The notes beneath the pieces are model-generated. The model was not told the origin of the DNA. It saw nothing but the letters and a program-made list of their open reading frames with translations, and did no database searches. The position numbers were made by a program, and so were the translations under genes. A DNA stretch of 64,000 bases from Gordius albopunctatus (taxonomy: Eukaryota), in the NCBI GenBank assembly GCA_964276515.1, contig OZ193909.1, positions 13,578,001 through 13,642,000 on the forward strand, read 5' to 3'. Positions 24,989-40,253 of the stretch are shown one piece after another; the stretch's first letter is position 1; each line of letters starts with the position of its first letter.

Positions 24989-25612
24989 ATGATAGCAGTT
25001 ACGTTTTAGAAAACAGAACTCAGTTAATACTCAAAAGCCAAGCCGCATTTTAACTAGCAATAAATCTTAACCCTTATTTCTTAAATCCAGAACCCATTCT
25101 AACCATAATATAATCGTAGAGGATTTCAAAAGTTTTAAATAGAATAATATTGTTTAAGCTAAACTATTTGGCGTCCTTTTGAATAAGGCATAGGGGGCCC
25201 AAGTTTCCTAAAGTGCAAATTCTTGGCCCCTTTGCTCGCCCCCCCCCAAGCAAAAATATATTAGGTTGGACGACTTTTATAATTTATTGATCCTTAATAT
25301 TTCATTTCATTTTTGAATAACACGGAATACGTATATTTAACCCTAAATAATGGCCCTTTTTCAATATTGATATTTCAAGTTATTTTGATACTAAAGTGAG
25401 TATATTAACGTAAAGAAAAGGCTAATTAATTTTTTATTTATGTTTAATACAATATATAAATATTTATATATAAACAGAAGGATCCATTCCCTCGCCTATA
25501 ATTTTTTAGAGTTAAAGCCGTTCGTTTTTAGCCCTACAAAGCCTCTATCTTTTTCAATTTTAAGTTCTAACATATTTTATCTTGGAAAAAAATTTCATCC
25601 TCTATATGTAAA

Positions 25613-27738
25613 TAGTGCTTTAATCTCGTCTCAGTCTGGAAAGCAAGATCTCGTCTCGGTTGCGTTGCGATTATGAGAATCGTATTAACCTGGTCTTGTC
25701 TCGATGATAATCTCGTCATTTTTTGACTTTACTAATTTTATATTATATAATTTTTTTATAATAAAAATAAAAACAAATTTAAAAAATTTAAACGGCGAAC
25801 ATTTTTAACAAAATCTTTAAGAACACGTTATTTATATCGTTTGTGCACTACTCTATTGTATATTATCCGTTTTTATATTTTATATCTGTTAATATAATGT
25901 TTATAGCTTCTAATGAAATCATATAATCTTAAAAACATGTTGTTATTAAGTTTGTAAAGTACGTTACTAAATTGTATAAAGCTATTTACCGATTGCTAAA
26001 AAGTGTCTATGATAGGGGTAGATTTCTAAAAATATCCTCAAAATTTTTAACCTATCCTGTCTGCCACTACATGCAGAAAATTTCTATTAATAAAAATGTT
26101 TTAAAATTTTAGACACCCTAAATTGTGGGTGTACTTATATTTAACTTAATTGCATATTTGAACAAGCTGAAACCCTTAATTAGCATAGACAAAAATAGGT
26201 AATGCCTTTGTTTCAAATATTTGGTATAACTATTTCCAGTCGTTACGTTACTGAAAATTGTCAAATCACCAAGGCGCGTCTGATACTTCTGATTATAATT
26301 CATAACATAAATAAATAGTTGCAAACATTACAAATTTATAATAAAATCAACTAGTTGCTTTGTTAATTAATTAGTAAAATAAGAGATTTTAGGTTTCTGT
26401 GGCATATGCCGAAATTAATCTAATTTATTCTATCCTTAAATAAATCATCCTTAATGTTAAATTCTATTAATGCCTACACAGGCGCTGTCATCAATTCGCG
26501 AAGAAGATATGTTACGTTTCCAACCACTATACGTTATTTATATAAAGATACCCTATATTGGATAATAATTTTTATTACCATTTATCTTATCGATTATTTT
26601 ATCGCATCGCATATTGAAAGATCATTATGAGTAGCAATTATTATTATTATATTGTATAATATATATATATTTTTAATTCGCTCGCGCGCGTATATTTCGC
26701 AGTCGCACATAAATAAATAAATTAGTTTATTCGGTAGTTTAAAAGCATAATTACAAAACCCCTTAAACTTAAATAAATTCTATTATAATTATTATAGTCG
26801 GAGAATTTATCAAATAAATTGCACGTATATAATTACAGAACAAACTTTTTTTCTTTCAAAAAGTAAACGGGTCTATTTTAGTGTGAAACTACATTTAATT
26901 ATGTCCCAAAATATTTGGCTGTTTAAAAATAATTTCTCTATAAAATAATCATTTACTAATAAATCTAAGCTTATATATATTAGTGTCTCGCAGAATCTTA
27001 ACATTCACAGAAAATTTAATAGATTATGCACCTGCCAACTTTACAATTGTAATGTGAAAAATAAATAATGTATATGGCAAACAAATGTTTGATTTGATTT
27101 TTACCTTGAGAATTTCAAAGGTGTGGCATGATGAGTTCAATCCGAAATCTTGTCAGACTCACAATTAAATAGTGAAAGATGCTCTCAAAATCGATCGTTT
27201 GTCAGGCACATAATTCGTTGGGGTGCTCAACAAACCTTTAGCCATTTTAGCCCAATTTATATAAGTAATTTGTTTAATTAACAATTTAAAATAACTTAAC
27301 GTCAGACATGATGATGTAATTATTGCGAAATTTGAAAATGTTTTAGTCATATTTACTTCTTTATCTGAACCTATGTTTTTTATTCATATTATATTAATGC
27401 TCGCGATATAAATATGGAATAACATATTAAGTAATTATTTACAAGCTCTAAAGGCCCTCATATTTTTTTCAACAAGCTAAAATTACTAAAATTTAAATTT
27501 TACGTGGATATAGATTTTGAGTGTGTAATATATTTAATATTTAAGGAATCTCAATTATATTAATTTACATTTAACATCCTAAATGTGAATCATACAAATA
27601 GAAATATAAAACAACTTAAATATATATGATTATAAGGACCAATGAAGAAATTTTAAGCCGAGATTTCGAATATTAAATCTAGTCTCGTCGCGCGTCGGAT
27701 CGAAATGAGACCGACATTTTTCTCGGTGATTCCGCATG
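25613..27738 (+). mobile_element. Old degraded hAT element related to the GAGAC-repeat family
   Basis: Degenerate termini TAGTGCTTTAATCTCGTCTC and CTCGGTGATTCCGCAT; a CQTHN..IVKDAL-like transposase trace at ~27150. Confidence 0.4.
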
Positions 27739-28181
27739 TTTGTATGTATTACAAATTTAATTGCTATTTGTTGATAATTTAAATCAAAAAAGTGAATGAC
27801 AAATAAATTATAACGAAATCAATTTATCTGCTAAATTTAATCGCTTATTATACAAATCCAACTTCAAAATTGTAAATATTAATTTTAAGGGAATAATTCA
27901 GCTCTTACATTTGTTTTTTATATTCTTTTTCAAAATTATAATGCTATATTAATATATCTGTGTTTTAATTAAAAACATGAGAGTTACATTTGACAAGGGC
28001 AAAAATAGCGTTATATTATTTTAAAACAGAATTGTGCTAATTTTGAAAAATTACGTTTCATTACATGGTTTGTTGGCTTGAGTTTGCTTTGGGCCATGCG
28101 GCCCTGGGGTAACTCGTTTATAAAGCCAGTTTCGAGCCCGACTATTTTTATTTTTGTCCGAGCCTTGCTCAGAGCTCTATT

Positions 28182-29614
28182 AAGTGATGCAGAAAACCCG
28201 AGAGACGAGAACTTTAAAAATGGAGTCGAGATCAAGACGAGAATTTTGATGTCGAGACGAGACGATATGAGATTTTTTCGGCGAGATCTCGACTTTTTAT
28301 TGATCGTCAGATTTTAGTAAATTATTGTGTCTTTTGATTTGCATGATTTACATTTAAGGTATTACGTGTAAATCAATATATAATGGAATATATTGGATAT
28401 TAAAATATTCTGAAGTGTTGCAAATATTATTTATTTGCAAACAATTCGAAATTTGGCAATCATTACCTAAATATGGTTGACTTTTAGGGTATGTAAATAA
28501 TTATATAATATATTTATATCCATAGCATTATTAAATACTAGATGAACCCGGCAAACGTTTTTTTGCCATTTACCCGGGTGTATTAAATTATGTTGGAATT
28601 TTAGGGCATATATGATGATAAAGCGGTTATTGAAGTAAAAATAAAGTTTGATGTCTATACGTTCTACTTCTATTGTCATATTCCCGTATACAGTGCAACG
28701 CGTACAAATACTCAAAAACTACTGGACCGATTTGGCTCGAAAAAATATTAAAACATGCTCCGAAGTGTCAGGAATAATCTGTGAAATTTTGAGCCAAATC
28801 GGTCTGGTAGTTTTCAAAAATTGGTGGCGGCATATATACATACACACACACATATTTCCATTTTTATATATAAGATTACAAAAGTTTAGGCTTAGAATGA
28901 GTTCTGATAGAATAGTAAATATTACTAAAACATATTTTAATTTCGCAGTTTTTATATCGTATTAATATGTACAACTAGTTGATCACTCGCACTTTGTGGT
29001 TTATAACGCTATAGTGAACGTGCAATAAACACTATGGGCTATAATGGATGATAGTAATATCAATGGACTTAAACGTTGTCTTAAATATGTTAAGGTCTAC
29101 TTTGAAGCTTTAGCTAAGGTTAATAACGGGTCACAATTTGCTCAGTTGTGCAACTAAGTCAACTATAAGCTAACTTATAATTTTATCAGTCTATTTAGAG
29201 TTGACAAACACAGTGAATTGGATACAAATGTTATAGTTTGCTAGAACAATAAAATTTAATTTTCTATACTTCAAATTTATTTTTAGTTTGCACTTTCCAT
29301 AGAAATATTTTCTTTATGAATTAATTAATATCTTTATATTGTCAATGAGATGTCCTGTCCCGATAAATCTTTAAAAAGTTTGTGTATTATAGTTTTTTAA
29401 AAAATATAAAAGTTTGCTATTTGGATTTTAAACACTTATTTAATATTTTCAATAAAACAAGAGAGATTATTATTCCGCATATATTTTTTTTTAAAAAGTC
29501 GAGACGAGACGAGACCGAGATTTTTTTAGACCGAGACGGCACGAGATCGAGATTTTAATAATCGCTCCCGAGACGAGATTTTGTTTTCGAGCCCGAGACG
29601 AGATCGCAACACTA
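28182..29614. mobile_element. Non-autonomous hAT element (GAGAC subterminal-repeat family), copy C
   Basis: Termini (T/A)AGTGATGC...ACACTA; perfect 8-bp TSD GCTCTATT. Confidence 0.9.
28538..28875 (-). mobile_element. Non-autonomous Helitron nested in hAT copy C
   Basis: Minus strand 5'-TC...GGCAAAAAAACGTTTGCC hairpin...CTAG-3', inserted at A^T without a TSD; absent from sister copy A. A similar 3' hairpin sits at window positions 1-18 and a similar 5' end at ~4600-4730. Confidence 0.8.
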
Positions 29615-29814
29615 GCTCTATTGGAAAAGATCGGTAAAATAAACTCCCCTATATTTAGATCTAGTTGCAAAATCAAATAAAATACGTATTGAAATACTAC
29701 TTCATAATAATTACCCATATTACCCCCCTTCTTGGCTACAAAGAATATGAGAATCTATACACAATTAATAAATTATCCATATCATGTATAATAAACTAAC
29801 CAAACTAATATTCT

Positions 29815-30107
29815 TCTAGATTTTCTTTGGTTCAAAAATATAGACAAAAAAGCATTAGCTTTTTTAAATCGATTGGAAACAGATCCCCCAAAGCTAAATA
29901 CTCGCCCAGCTTTATTTTACGCCAAAAAATCGGCATTTTGATAGATAAATATAATTATAAATCTTTATCTGACACATGGCCCGTGTTGGCTACTGACGAA
30001 TGTGATGAATAATTTTTTTTTATTTATAATATTATTTTATGTTTGTTTACTATATATTTCATGTATCAATTTTACCGAATAAAAGCATTTTAACATTAAA
30101 AAAAAAT
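29815..30107 (+). mobile_element. CRE-clade non-LTR retroelement 3' fragment
   Basis: ILRQKIGILIDKYNYKSLSDTWP* is homologous to the 58842-59135 and ~62600 C-termini; followed by AATAAA and an A-tail. Confidence 0.65.
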
Positions 30108-30996
30108 AATCAGCAGGTTGGATGAATAGATAACTAACTAAGTGTAGGTGAAAGGAATAATGGTAGAATAAGATGTATACGCGAATGTAGTGAATAAATG
30201 TAATATCCAGAGATGTGATGTAATCACGAATGTAGTGAATAAATGGAATACCCAGAGGAGCAGAGTAACGTTGGAGTGAGTGGTAATGAAGTCCAGTGAT
30301 CCCTTTTTTGTTGGAATATATATGTTTGTTAAGTCATCTGGAAAATTACATGCTTTTCTCGTAAGAAAAATTATTTTCGTACATGCAAATAAAAATACTA
30401 GTTTTCTGCAATTGGATACATCGAAATCGCCATATAACACAACTATTGACCTATGTAAAGAATTTAGATAATTATATAACTTATGAAGAATGAAATAATA
30501 TACAAATCCTATGTGGAGATTTATAATGGCTTGTTTATACACAAAAATCACACGTTTTTTACCTTGAGATTTGGCGTTACAACACTTTAAACCAATGGCT
30601 ATCTGGCGAAATATTACGCTTGTAGCCAATTGGTGCGCTTTAGTGCTATGTTGAACTATATTATTGTTGAATTATATAACACTACAGGCGAACCTTTTTT
30701 TATTTAATATCTTTATGAACATGTTATATCGCTTGTGCACTACTTTACTAAATATTTATGCTAAAATAGTAAGGAATTTAATATGTTTTATCGCGTTTTG
30801 ATTCCTGTATAAACTTATGCGGCTTTGCTATGCGATTTATGCCCATGTAAAGACTTTTATTTTATTCCGCATTAAGGCTAGATAATGACCATTGACTGGC
30901 TTTCATTTTTTCGACCTTGCCCGCCCAAATTCTATTATCTTTTGTGTTTCGACTGTATACTGTTGTGTAAACGTAATCTAAGATGTTCACGGTTAC

Positions 30997-32429
30997 TAGT
31001 GATGCGGAAAAACCGAGAAAAATCTCGGGACGAGAATTCAAAAGATGGAATCGAGATCGATATGAGAATTTTGATGTCGAGACGAGACGAGACGAGATTT
31101 TATCGGCAAAATCTCGACTTTTTTTATCGTTATATTTTAGTAAATTATTGTGTATTTTAATTTGCATGATTTACATTTAAGGTATTAAGTTTAAATCAAT
31201 ACGTATGGAATATATTTGATGTTAAAAAAATTCCTGAAAATATTATATTTTTTGCACGATTCATCTAAGTATGGTTGGCCCTTAGGGTATGTGAATAATT
31301 TTATAATATCTTTATTACATATTTAAATCCATAGCATTATTAAATATTAAAAAATTATAGGCTTAGAATGAGTTCTGATTGAATAGTAAATATATAAACA
31401 AAGCATATTTATATTTCGCAGTTATTCATCCTGCATAATGCGGTAATTATAAATTGGTGGTCAATCAGTTTGAATAATTAAACTAGTTAAGCTAAGGTGG
31501 CTCGAGATTTTTTAGCACCCGCTTAACGATTTCAAAAGTAAAATAGATTATTTAATGACACCGCAATAGATTAAATCTAAAGCATGAGTTTTCTAGAAGT
31601 TTTATGCTTCAACTATATTCGATAAATAACTTTTTAATGTAAAAGTTAGTTAGAATTGGAAGATAATTATTTGGAATATAAATTTGATTTTAATGATTTT
31701 TGTCATAAATTTAAATACGTGCAATTTAGAGTTTAAAACCTCATATTCCTAACCCTATAATAATGCTGCTTTTATTGTTGTTTCTACCCGTTTTTATATG
31801 TGCATCTAGTTATTAATTCTGTAAATAATAATATTATCAATTAAAAGTCACTCGCACATTGTGGTTTATAACGCTATAGTAAACATGCAATAAACACTAT
31901 GGGCTATAATTAATAATGGTACTAATGGACTTAAATGTTTGCCTCTTTAGCCAAGGTTAATAAAGGGTCTCAATTTGCTAAATTGTGCAACTAAGTCAAC
32001 TATAACCGAAATTATTATTTTCTAAGTCTATATAGTTGACAAACACGGTGATTTGATACAAACGTTATAATTTGCTAGAACAATAAAATTTAATTTTCTA
32101 TACTTCAAATTTATTTATAGTTTTTTAGTCTGCACTTTCCATAGAAAATGTTATTTTTTGAATGAATTCATATCTTTATATTGACAATGAGATGTCGTGT
32201 CCCGCTAAATCTTTAAAAAGTTTGTGTATTAAAGTTTATCAAAAAATATATAAATTCACCATTTTAATTTTTTAAAACTTATTTAATATTTTTAATAAAA
32301 CAGGAGAAATTTTTATTCCGTATATATTTTTTTTAAAAAGTCGAGACGAGACGAGATCGAGATTTTCATAATCGCTGCCGAGACGAGACGAGATTTTGTT
32401 TTCGAGACCGAGACGAGATCGAAACACTA
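30997..32429. mobile_element. Non-autonomous hAT element (GAGAC family), copy A
   Basis: TAGTG...CACTA termini, GAGACGA subterminal repeats, perfect 8-bp TSD ACGGTTAC. Confidence 0.92.
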
Positions 32430-32879
32430 ACGGTTACAATTTTATTTAAATATACGCTAAAGTCGAAGGTTTTTAAATACACACTAGATTCTGAGATTGG
32501 AGGTCGATGTATTTTGCTACCAATTTAATTACAATATTATGTAGGGCCTCCACATAAAAATTCTCTCCCCCCCCCCTATAAACCTTGACATTTAACCTCC
32601 TTTGCCCCTTGACCATTACACTGGCATCCCCACCTTTGATTGCGCACCATTACGTCACTCATCTATCGTTAGGGCTCATATTAATTGGTAATTTATAGTC
32701 CAGCAATTAAAAAATTTCTCCCTCCCCTTCTCTCCAGGGACGAACTCGTCTTACATATGTTTTATGAATTAAAAATAAAAAAATTTGGTGAGGATACATT
32801 TTTTAGCTTAATTCAGATGAAAGTCGAAGGCAAACGAAAGTGGGAAGAAAGGATTAAAAGGATAAGAGTTCACGCGAAT

Positions 32880-35472
32880 TTGTAGAGTCAAAAGGAGAGA
32901 AAAGATATTAAGCTTTTTTATGAATCTACTACGATAAATTTTATATCGGCATAGGCCCCTCAAGGTGGAAGCTCTGAGACGGAAAAAGAGTGTTTTTGGA
33001 AAGAGCTTGAAGATTTTCTACTCCAATTTGGCAAAGAGGGACTAATAATTATTGGACAGGACCTCAATGGACTAGTGGGTAAATTAAGGGGAGGATTTGA
33101 AAGAAATCACGGTGGCGGGGTTACGGCCTAAGAAATGAAGGAGGTACGGAAATTCTAGAAATTGCTCAAGCTTTTAACCTAGCAATAGAAAATAACTTCT
33201 TCAAAAAGAGACAGGAACATCTTATAACGTACAAAAGCGGCAGCCGTACCACTCAGATAGATTTCTTTCTAGTCAACAGAACGCACTTAAAGTATGTTCA
33301 AAATGTTAAGGTAATACCGAGTGAAATATTGGCCTCCTAACACAAGCTGTTGGTGATGGACTTTATATTAAAGGGCTTTAAAGGGCAAAAGGTACAAAGA
33401 GTAGCCGCTACTATACAATGGAGGAAACTAAAGGATGGTATTCAACATTTCAAGGAACAAGTAATTAAACATGCTGTATTTAAGAAAAATACTTCATGTG
33501 AGGATCAATGAAATGGTATAGCTGCCACAATGCGAAAAGCGGGACGACAAATATTGGGTCAAAGCAAGCCCACTAAAAGAATTCTAGAAGTGCAAAATTG
33601 TATCAAGGAAAGGAAGAGATTGTACAAAGTTTGGTATAAAAGCAAGGATAGTAATGATAAGCAAGCTTACCAAGTAGCTAAAAGATCGCCTAAAAAATTC
33701 GTAGCGAAAGCTCAAAACAAGGTGTACGACGATATAAATGTAAAACTAAACTCAAAGGAAGGAGAAAGATTGATCTACAAAATCGCAAAGTCAAGAGTCC
33801 GAAATTCAAATATTACCTAGAATCCAAGCTAATCAAGGATCAAAAGGGAGAAATACTAACACACGACAGCCATATACTACAAATATGGTACGACTATTAT
33901 AGCGATTTATCAAATGAAAAAGGGCTTTTAGTTGAAGACATTAACCAGGAAAATACAATAGGAGAATTAAACACAGGGGACTGGATCACGGAAACGGAAT
34001 TCAAAGTTGCTATGGGTAAACTAAAGTCAGAAAAAGCTCTTGGACCAGACAATATACTAATAGAGGACTTCAAAGCTTTAGGCAATACTGGTGCACAATT
34101 CCTCGCCAACCTTTTCAACAAACCTTGAAAACGTGTGTAATGCCTAACGAATGGAGGGATAGCTACATGATCCCGATATACAAGATGAAAGGGGACATTC
34201 AGGATTGCAACAATTACAGAGGGATAAAGCTTATGAGCCACACTTTCAAGGTGTGGGAAAAAATTATTGAAAAACGGCTTCGGAGTTTGGTTCAAATTCG
34301 AGATAACCAATTCGGATTTATGCCGGAGAGGTCTACAGCAGACGCCTTAAACAGTGTTAGAAGATTAATGGAACGGTCTAGAGAAAGGGAAGAGGATTTG
34401 CACATGTGTTTCATCGATCTAGAAAAAGCGTTCGATAAAGTTCCTCGTACTTTAGTGTGGAAATGTCTTGAAGAAAACAATGTGCCAGAATTATACGTCA
34501 GAGCAATAAAAGATATGTACAAGGGAAATAGAACGTACGTTAAAACAACGGTGGGGACTACAAAGGGCTTTGCCATCAACACTGGAGTTCATCAAGGTTC
34601 AGCTATTATTCCCTTCCTATTCATAATGATAATGGATAATATTACCAAGGATTTTGGCGAGGAAGCTCCTTGGGCAATGATCTTTGCAGACGATATAATC
34701 CTCTGTGCCAAAAGCGAACAATAATTGGCTAACACTGTAAATAGATGGGTAAATGCAATAGAAGAAAGTGGTCTCAGGGTAAATAGAAAGAAAACAGAAT
34801 ACATGAAGACAAAGTTTAAATCGGATGAAAACCAGCAAAGTGCATCCCTTAGTTTAGGCGATTGGCAACTTACAAGCGTGGATTCCTTCAAATATTTAGG
34901 ATCAACACTTCAATCGGATGGTGGAATGGATAAAGAAATCTAAGCAAGGATAAATTCCGGATGGCTCAATCGGAGGGACTTACAGGTGTTCTGTGTGACA
35001 AAAACAACTCGAGAAGACAAAACATACAGCCAACAGTCCTGTATAGCTCGGAATCATGGGCTATACGTAAAAGAGAAGAGCAACGTCTTGCGGCCATGGA
35101 GATGAGAATGCTAAGATGGGTTCTAGGAGTAAGCAAAAAGAAACATAGGTAAAAGGAAGAAATACAAAGAATTTTGGGTACTACATCAATTGTGACAAAG
35201 CTCCTAAGCCCTAACAAATAGACTAAGATAGTATGGCTATTTCAAAAGAAGGGACGATAGCTACGTCAAAAAGAAAATCGAGATGATAAATTTAGCAGGG
35301 AAACGAAGTAGAGGAAGAGGAAGACCCAAGCTTACCTGGATTCATAAAATACGGCATTATATGAAAGTTCACAAGATAAAGAAAGATCTATGTAAAAATA
35401 GAAACAAATGGGAACGAATGCTGAAAGGACTGACCACCAGCCTAGGTGACAAGCAGTCATAGAAAGAAGAAG
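32880..35472 (+). mobile_element. Degraded RTE-clade LINE (AP endonuclease + reverse transcriptase)
   Basis: TYKSG..TQIDFFL, NYRGIKLMSH, QFGFMP, FIDLEKAFDKV, GVHQGS, IFADDI, FKYLGS; multiple stops and frameshifts; GAA tail. Confidence 0.92.
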
Positions 35473-36575
35473 TTGGTCATCTAAACAAGTATTCTGCGGA
35501 TATCCATCTCCCCCAAAACAATTTTTCTTAACATCTGGTATGCTTTACTGTGTGGAATATCATAAAGTCTCGCTTTTTATTTACTGTGAAGGAGCGATAG
35601 CACATTTTTTATCATTAGAAGGGCGATAGCTGAAAAAGTTTTAAATCCAACTCTATAAAGCTCCTTTTAATTATAACATCCAACCTTACCTAAAATTAAT
35701 AATCGTTAATTCTACAAATTTACCCTTTATCTAAAGAATCATTACCAAACAATGTAATGCTTAATTAACTAAGATGGTAATGAATTTAATATGTTTAATT
35801 GATATCCATGACGTCAGATTTGATTGTTAGTTTTTATTATTACGTCATATTCAATTGATAAATTTCATTAACAATGTTTTTTATGATGATATGGGTAAAT
35901 TTTTTCAGAAGATCTATAAAGAAAGGAAACAATAAATTAACGAAATCTCAAATTCCTACAAATGATAACAAAAATGTGGTTTTACTCAGTTATAAAAAAA
36001 TTCGGAATGACATTCTCTAATACAAGGAGGAAGCTTTTATTATGCAGTTATAAGACATAAGATTTAATACGAGTTATTTTCATTATAAATCTGGACGCCC
36101 TCTACATTCGAAGTTAGTTTAAAAATAAATTTCAATTAAAATTTATAATTTACATGAGTCTCAGCAGGGTTCATCAATCGCCCCTAAATGCCTATTTAAT
36201 GTACTTAAACTAAAATTATTTCTCTATGGAATACTATGAGTTGACCAAAATATAATAAGTTAGTTTATAAGAATGGAATACAGCTCTCTCCGTTTGTCAT
36301 GACAATTTGTTAACATAACAAGTTCACTGAAGTTGTTCCTTCAAAATGTTACAATTGACTTACAATGCAATTTATTAGTTATAACAATTATATATACATA
36401 TCATGGAACCAAGCATCTCTGCCCCTCATAGTTTAATGAAGTTATTTATCCAAAGTAATGTAAAAATTAATTTATTACAGAAATTAAATGAAATCCCGTT
36501 CCGTTGATAGTCACAACTACCTAATTGCAACTCCATATTATGCGCCAAAGCACCTCCGTCCCCCTAAGTGTTTAC

Positions 36576-36778
36576 TAGAGTTGTTAAATTGCTAACTTTC
36601 TTCAACTCCAGCTACCATCTGCTCGAGTTTCTGCTCGGTCCTCGAGCATTTTTATATGCCAATGTTCTACCTAGTGCACCAAACAGAGAGCGCATATTGT
36701 GCTGACGCGCATATTAAGCAACTCAGTGTGCATGCTCGCGTCTGGAGTTTGAAGAAAGTTAGCAATTTAACAATTCTA
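36576..36778. mobile_element. ~200-bp MITE with ~36-bp TIRs
   Basis: TAGAGTTGTTAAATTGCTAACTTTCTTCAA / TTGAAGAAAGTTAGCAATTTAACAATTCTA; 8-bp TSD GTGTTTAC/GTGTTGAC. Confidence 0.85.
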
Positions 36779-37974
36779 GTGTTGACTATCTTATTTGTAA
36801 ATAGTTATAAATAACAGATATATAACTACATCGCTCGTTTAAAACAAAATTACTGTTGTCTAAAATTGATTCAAATCTGATAAGCTCAAAGGATTTTATA
36901 TCCATAAAAATTATACAATAATAAGACTTAACCATGTCTTTTTTTAAAATAATATCTGTAGGTGAAGTGATGCGGTCAAGAGCTGTTTCACGCCCTGTGA
37001 AAGAATGGTTTTTAAGCAAGGCTGAGTCACCTTATATATATCATTATAAATTAAAATTTCTAATGATTATATAATCGATAATAACCTTTGGAATATAAAT
37101 ATTGTTCGTCATTTAAATAGAGATGGACATTATCTAAACTAATAAATCCGTCGTATATATGCAATGTCTAAATTTGATTTTCTTTATGAATAAATCATTT
37201 TAATAAGGTTTTAAATATTTAATTATTATATACGAATCTTAAAGCTACTATGAAGTCGACTACCTAGAACGTTTTGGAAATCAAAATAGCTCTAAGTAGC
37301 TCGCATATAGCTTTAATTAAAGCGTTTTATTAAATTATATTAAAGATTTATGTATTGACTCATATTTGTCAATATTTTGTTTGTTATCCTTATTTTAATT
37401 AAAGCCATTGAGTTGTTTAGTATTAAACAATACAACACTGCTAAAGATATTTCGCTTCGTGCAGCTTAAAATTAAATTTGTAGGGCATATTAATAGGCTA
37501 GGGCGTGAAAATCTGAGAGGGCGAAATAAGAAATTTGCCCACCTTTAACTTTATTATTAAAATATTAATTGATATTGAAAAAATGTTTCGATTTTTAATC
37601 TTCTAATTTTGATAGTTAAGGTTTTCTCCTCTACAATGATTAGCTATAGCGCGCTATTTTTACCAATTTATATATAATTTAATCTTTATATCTATGGGCG
37701 TAGCCAGGTTTTGGATTAAGGGGGAGGGGGCGAAACGTTCAAAGGTTTAATTAGGGGGGGGGGAGCAAAACATATTTTTTAATTTTTAAGGCTTTTTGAT
37801 TGAAATTTTTTTTCGCCCTTCAGGGAGGGGGGCTGCTACGCCCATGTTTATATAATATGATTTACAGATTTAAGTAAATGTTTAAACTAAAACATGAAAA
37901 TGGATTGCAAATAACTTTAGTTTGCTATTTCTAAATCTTAGCGTTCACATGCATTTAATTTGGCTTTCTTCCTT

Positions 37975-40253
37975 CTTCTTCTTTATCAGTTATTTGGTCC
38001 CACAGTTGTTGGGTTTGTTTTAATACGTTTCTTCCATCTTTAACGGGTGAGTGCCATATCTTGACTAATCTTTTCTATTCTCATAACTTTGTCGACTTGC
38101 CCTTTCCACGTGACATGAGGTCGTCCCCCATTCTTGAGAAAGTCAAAAGTCATTCGTCATATGTTCGAGCTTAGTATACCCCAAGCTCCAACGAATTCTC
38201 AACTCTCAGGCTTGTAATAGCTTTCTTTCCGTGGTGTCCATGTTTCACTCCATAGAGTAACACCGGTCTTACGATGGATTTGTAAGCTTTGTTCTCCAAC
38301 CATATTGGCATTTTCTGGTCGTGCATTACACCTGATATACTTTGCCTTTTAAGCCATCTTTTTTTGGATCCGGTCATTGACTTCTGTTGCGCAACCTCTC
38401 TCTTGATATAGCATCGAACTGAGGTATGAAAACCTGTATATTTTTGGGTACTTTAGAGGTCATCGAGCGATGGGCTGCTTGTAACGTTCATATCCATGTA
38501 TACCGATTTCAATCGTTGACTTTTAAACCATATACAGCTATGCGCTTTGATTTTTCGGCTTCTTCGAAAACTTTCTCCTTTGTTTCCTCGCATATCATCG
38601 GCATATAGCATACACCATGGGGATGGCCTATGAATGTCTCTCGTTATTGTGTGTATAATTATATTTAGTAAAAATTGACTTAAAGCCGACCCTTGATAAT
38701 CCAATTTCAGCCCAAAAAGATTTAGAATTTTGAACTGTAGTCCTAACGCAAGAATTTGAGCTTCATAAATATTTTCATAAGCCGTATATATGCGTCAGGG
38801 ATATTTTGTTTTCTCAGACACCACCATATTAAATCGCGAGAGACAGTGTCATAAGGTTTCTCCAAGTCGATAAAGACCAAATGTAGGTCTCTTCTCTTTT
38901 CACCATATTTATCCATCATTTGCCTTAGTGCGAAGTTGAATCGATTGTATATTTGCCGGCCACAAATACGAATTGGTTAGCCGATATTATTGCAGCGGCC
39001 TTTTTTGCGGCCTTAGCGTCCCTATACTCTTGATAATCCTCCGAATTTTTTTATTTATGCCACCGTCTCTTTCGATGAAATCCCAAACCGATTGATCCCA
39101 CCACGATAGTTCCCTATTCATGGCTTTGCCTCCTTTGGTCTGTCCTAGAACACGAACGCGTTTTCTTTTATGTCCTTAGTTTGCGTCTCATCGCCGCCTA
39201 CGTCCCTTTGCAACTTTCTTGCACCCAAGAATGAGGAAGCTTTTTGATGGTATTCTTCGTTTGTCAAAATATCCTTTAGCCTTTCATATCAAATTCGAGG
39301 TTCATAGATCTTTCTTCTTTCGGGAAATACCTTCTGTCAATTAACAAGAGGAAGATATTGCCTGGCGATTTCCTCTTCCGGTATTACTTTGGATAGTCAA
39401 TTTGACTAAAATGACTCCCACTTCTATTAGTCACAATATGGTCTTCGCGTTTTTGGAAATACGTGTTAACGATCGCCATGTCGTATGCTTGGGATACTTA
39501 AAAAAAATTTCCCCCTTCTTTGTTCTTCAGACCATGCCCATAGCCTCTAAGATTGCGTTCATCTCCGTGGCGATCTTTTCCGACGTGAGCGTTGAAATCC
39601 GCCACAATAATTATCCTTTCTTCCAGTCCGATTCCTTGTATTTCCTTTTCCAATGAATCGAAGAATATGTCTTTTTCTGATTCCCTACACCTAATTTTGG
39701 GAGCATACGCAGACATAACAGTTAAGAGGCCCCCTGGATTTCCAATCTTCACCCTAATTGGCCTGTCTAAACAACGCTTGACTTCCACAATCTTGTCCTT
39801 GAATGATTCGCTTAGAACGATACCAACCCCATTCCTACGATTTGGCGACCCATTGTAAAATAGTTTGTACCCTTCTCCAAACTCTCGGGCTTTGGTTCCG
39901 TTCCACCTCATCTCTTGTAGACAGGCAATGTGTACTTTTCTTCTTTTAGCATTTGTGCGACCTCGATGCCCTTCCCCGTCAACGTTCCCACATTCCTGCA
40001 TGTTATTCGAATTCTTTCCACAATTAATTTCCTTAACCGCCTTCGTTGTGAGTTGGTCAGTAATTCTAGTACATTTTTCACATTGCACGGGCAGGGTGTG
40101 CAGTGTGCGTCGTGGAGGATTTAGCTTTCTCTTGTAAAATTTTATTTGAAACTATCATGATTCCGGAGTTGGTCTTTATAGCCGGTTTCAGACCTGACGC
40201 CAACCCTCCACTTTTGGCACACGGACTTGGGACCATCGTAGGTAGTGTTTTAA
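37975..40253 (-). mobile_element. RTE-clade LINE with both ends present, internally deleted and degraded
   Basis: APE ORF 39498-40088 (IACLQEMRW, NGVGIVL, SAYAP, ADFNAHVG), RT remnants, GAA tail; 12-bp TSD GCTTTCTTCCTT (37963-37974 / 40254-40265). Confidence 0.9.
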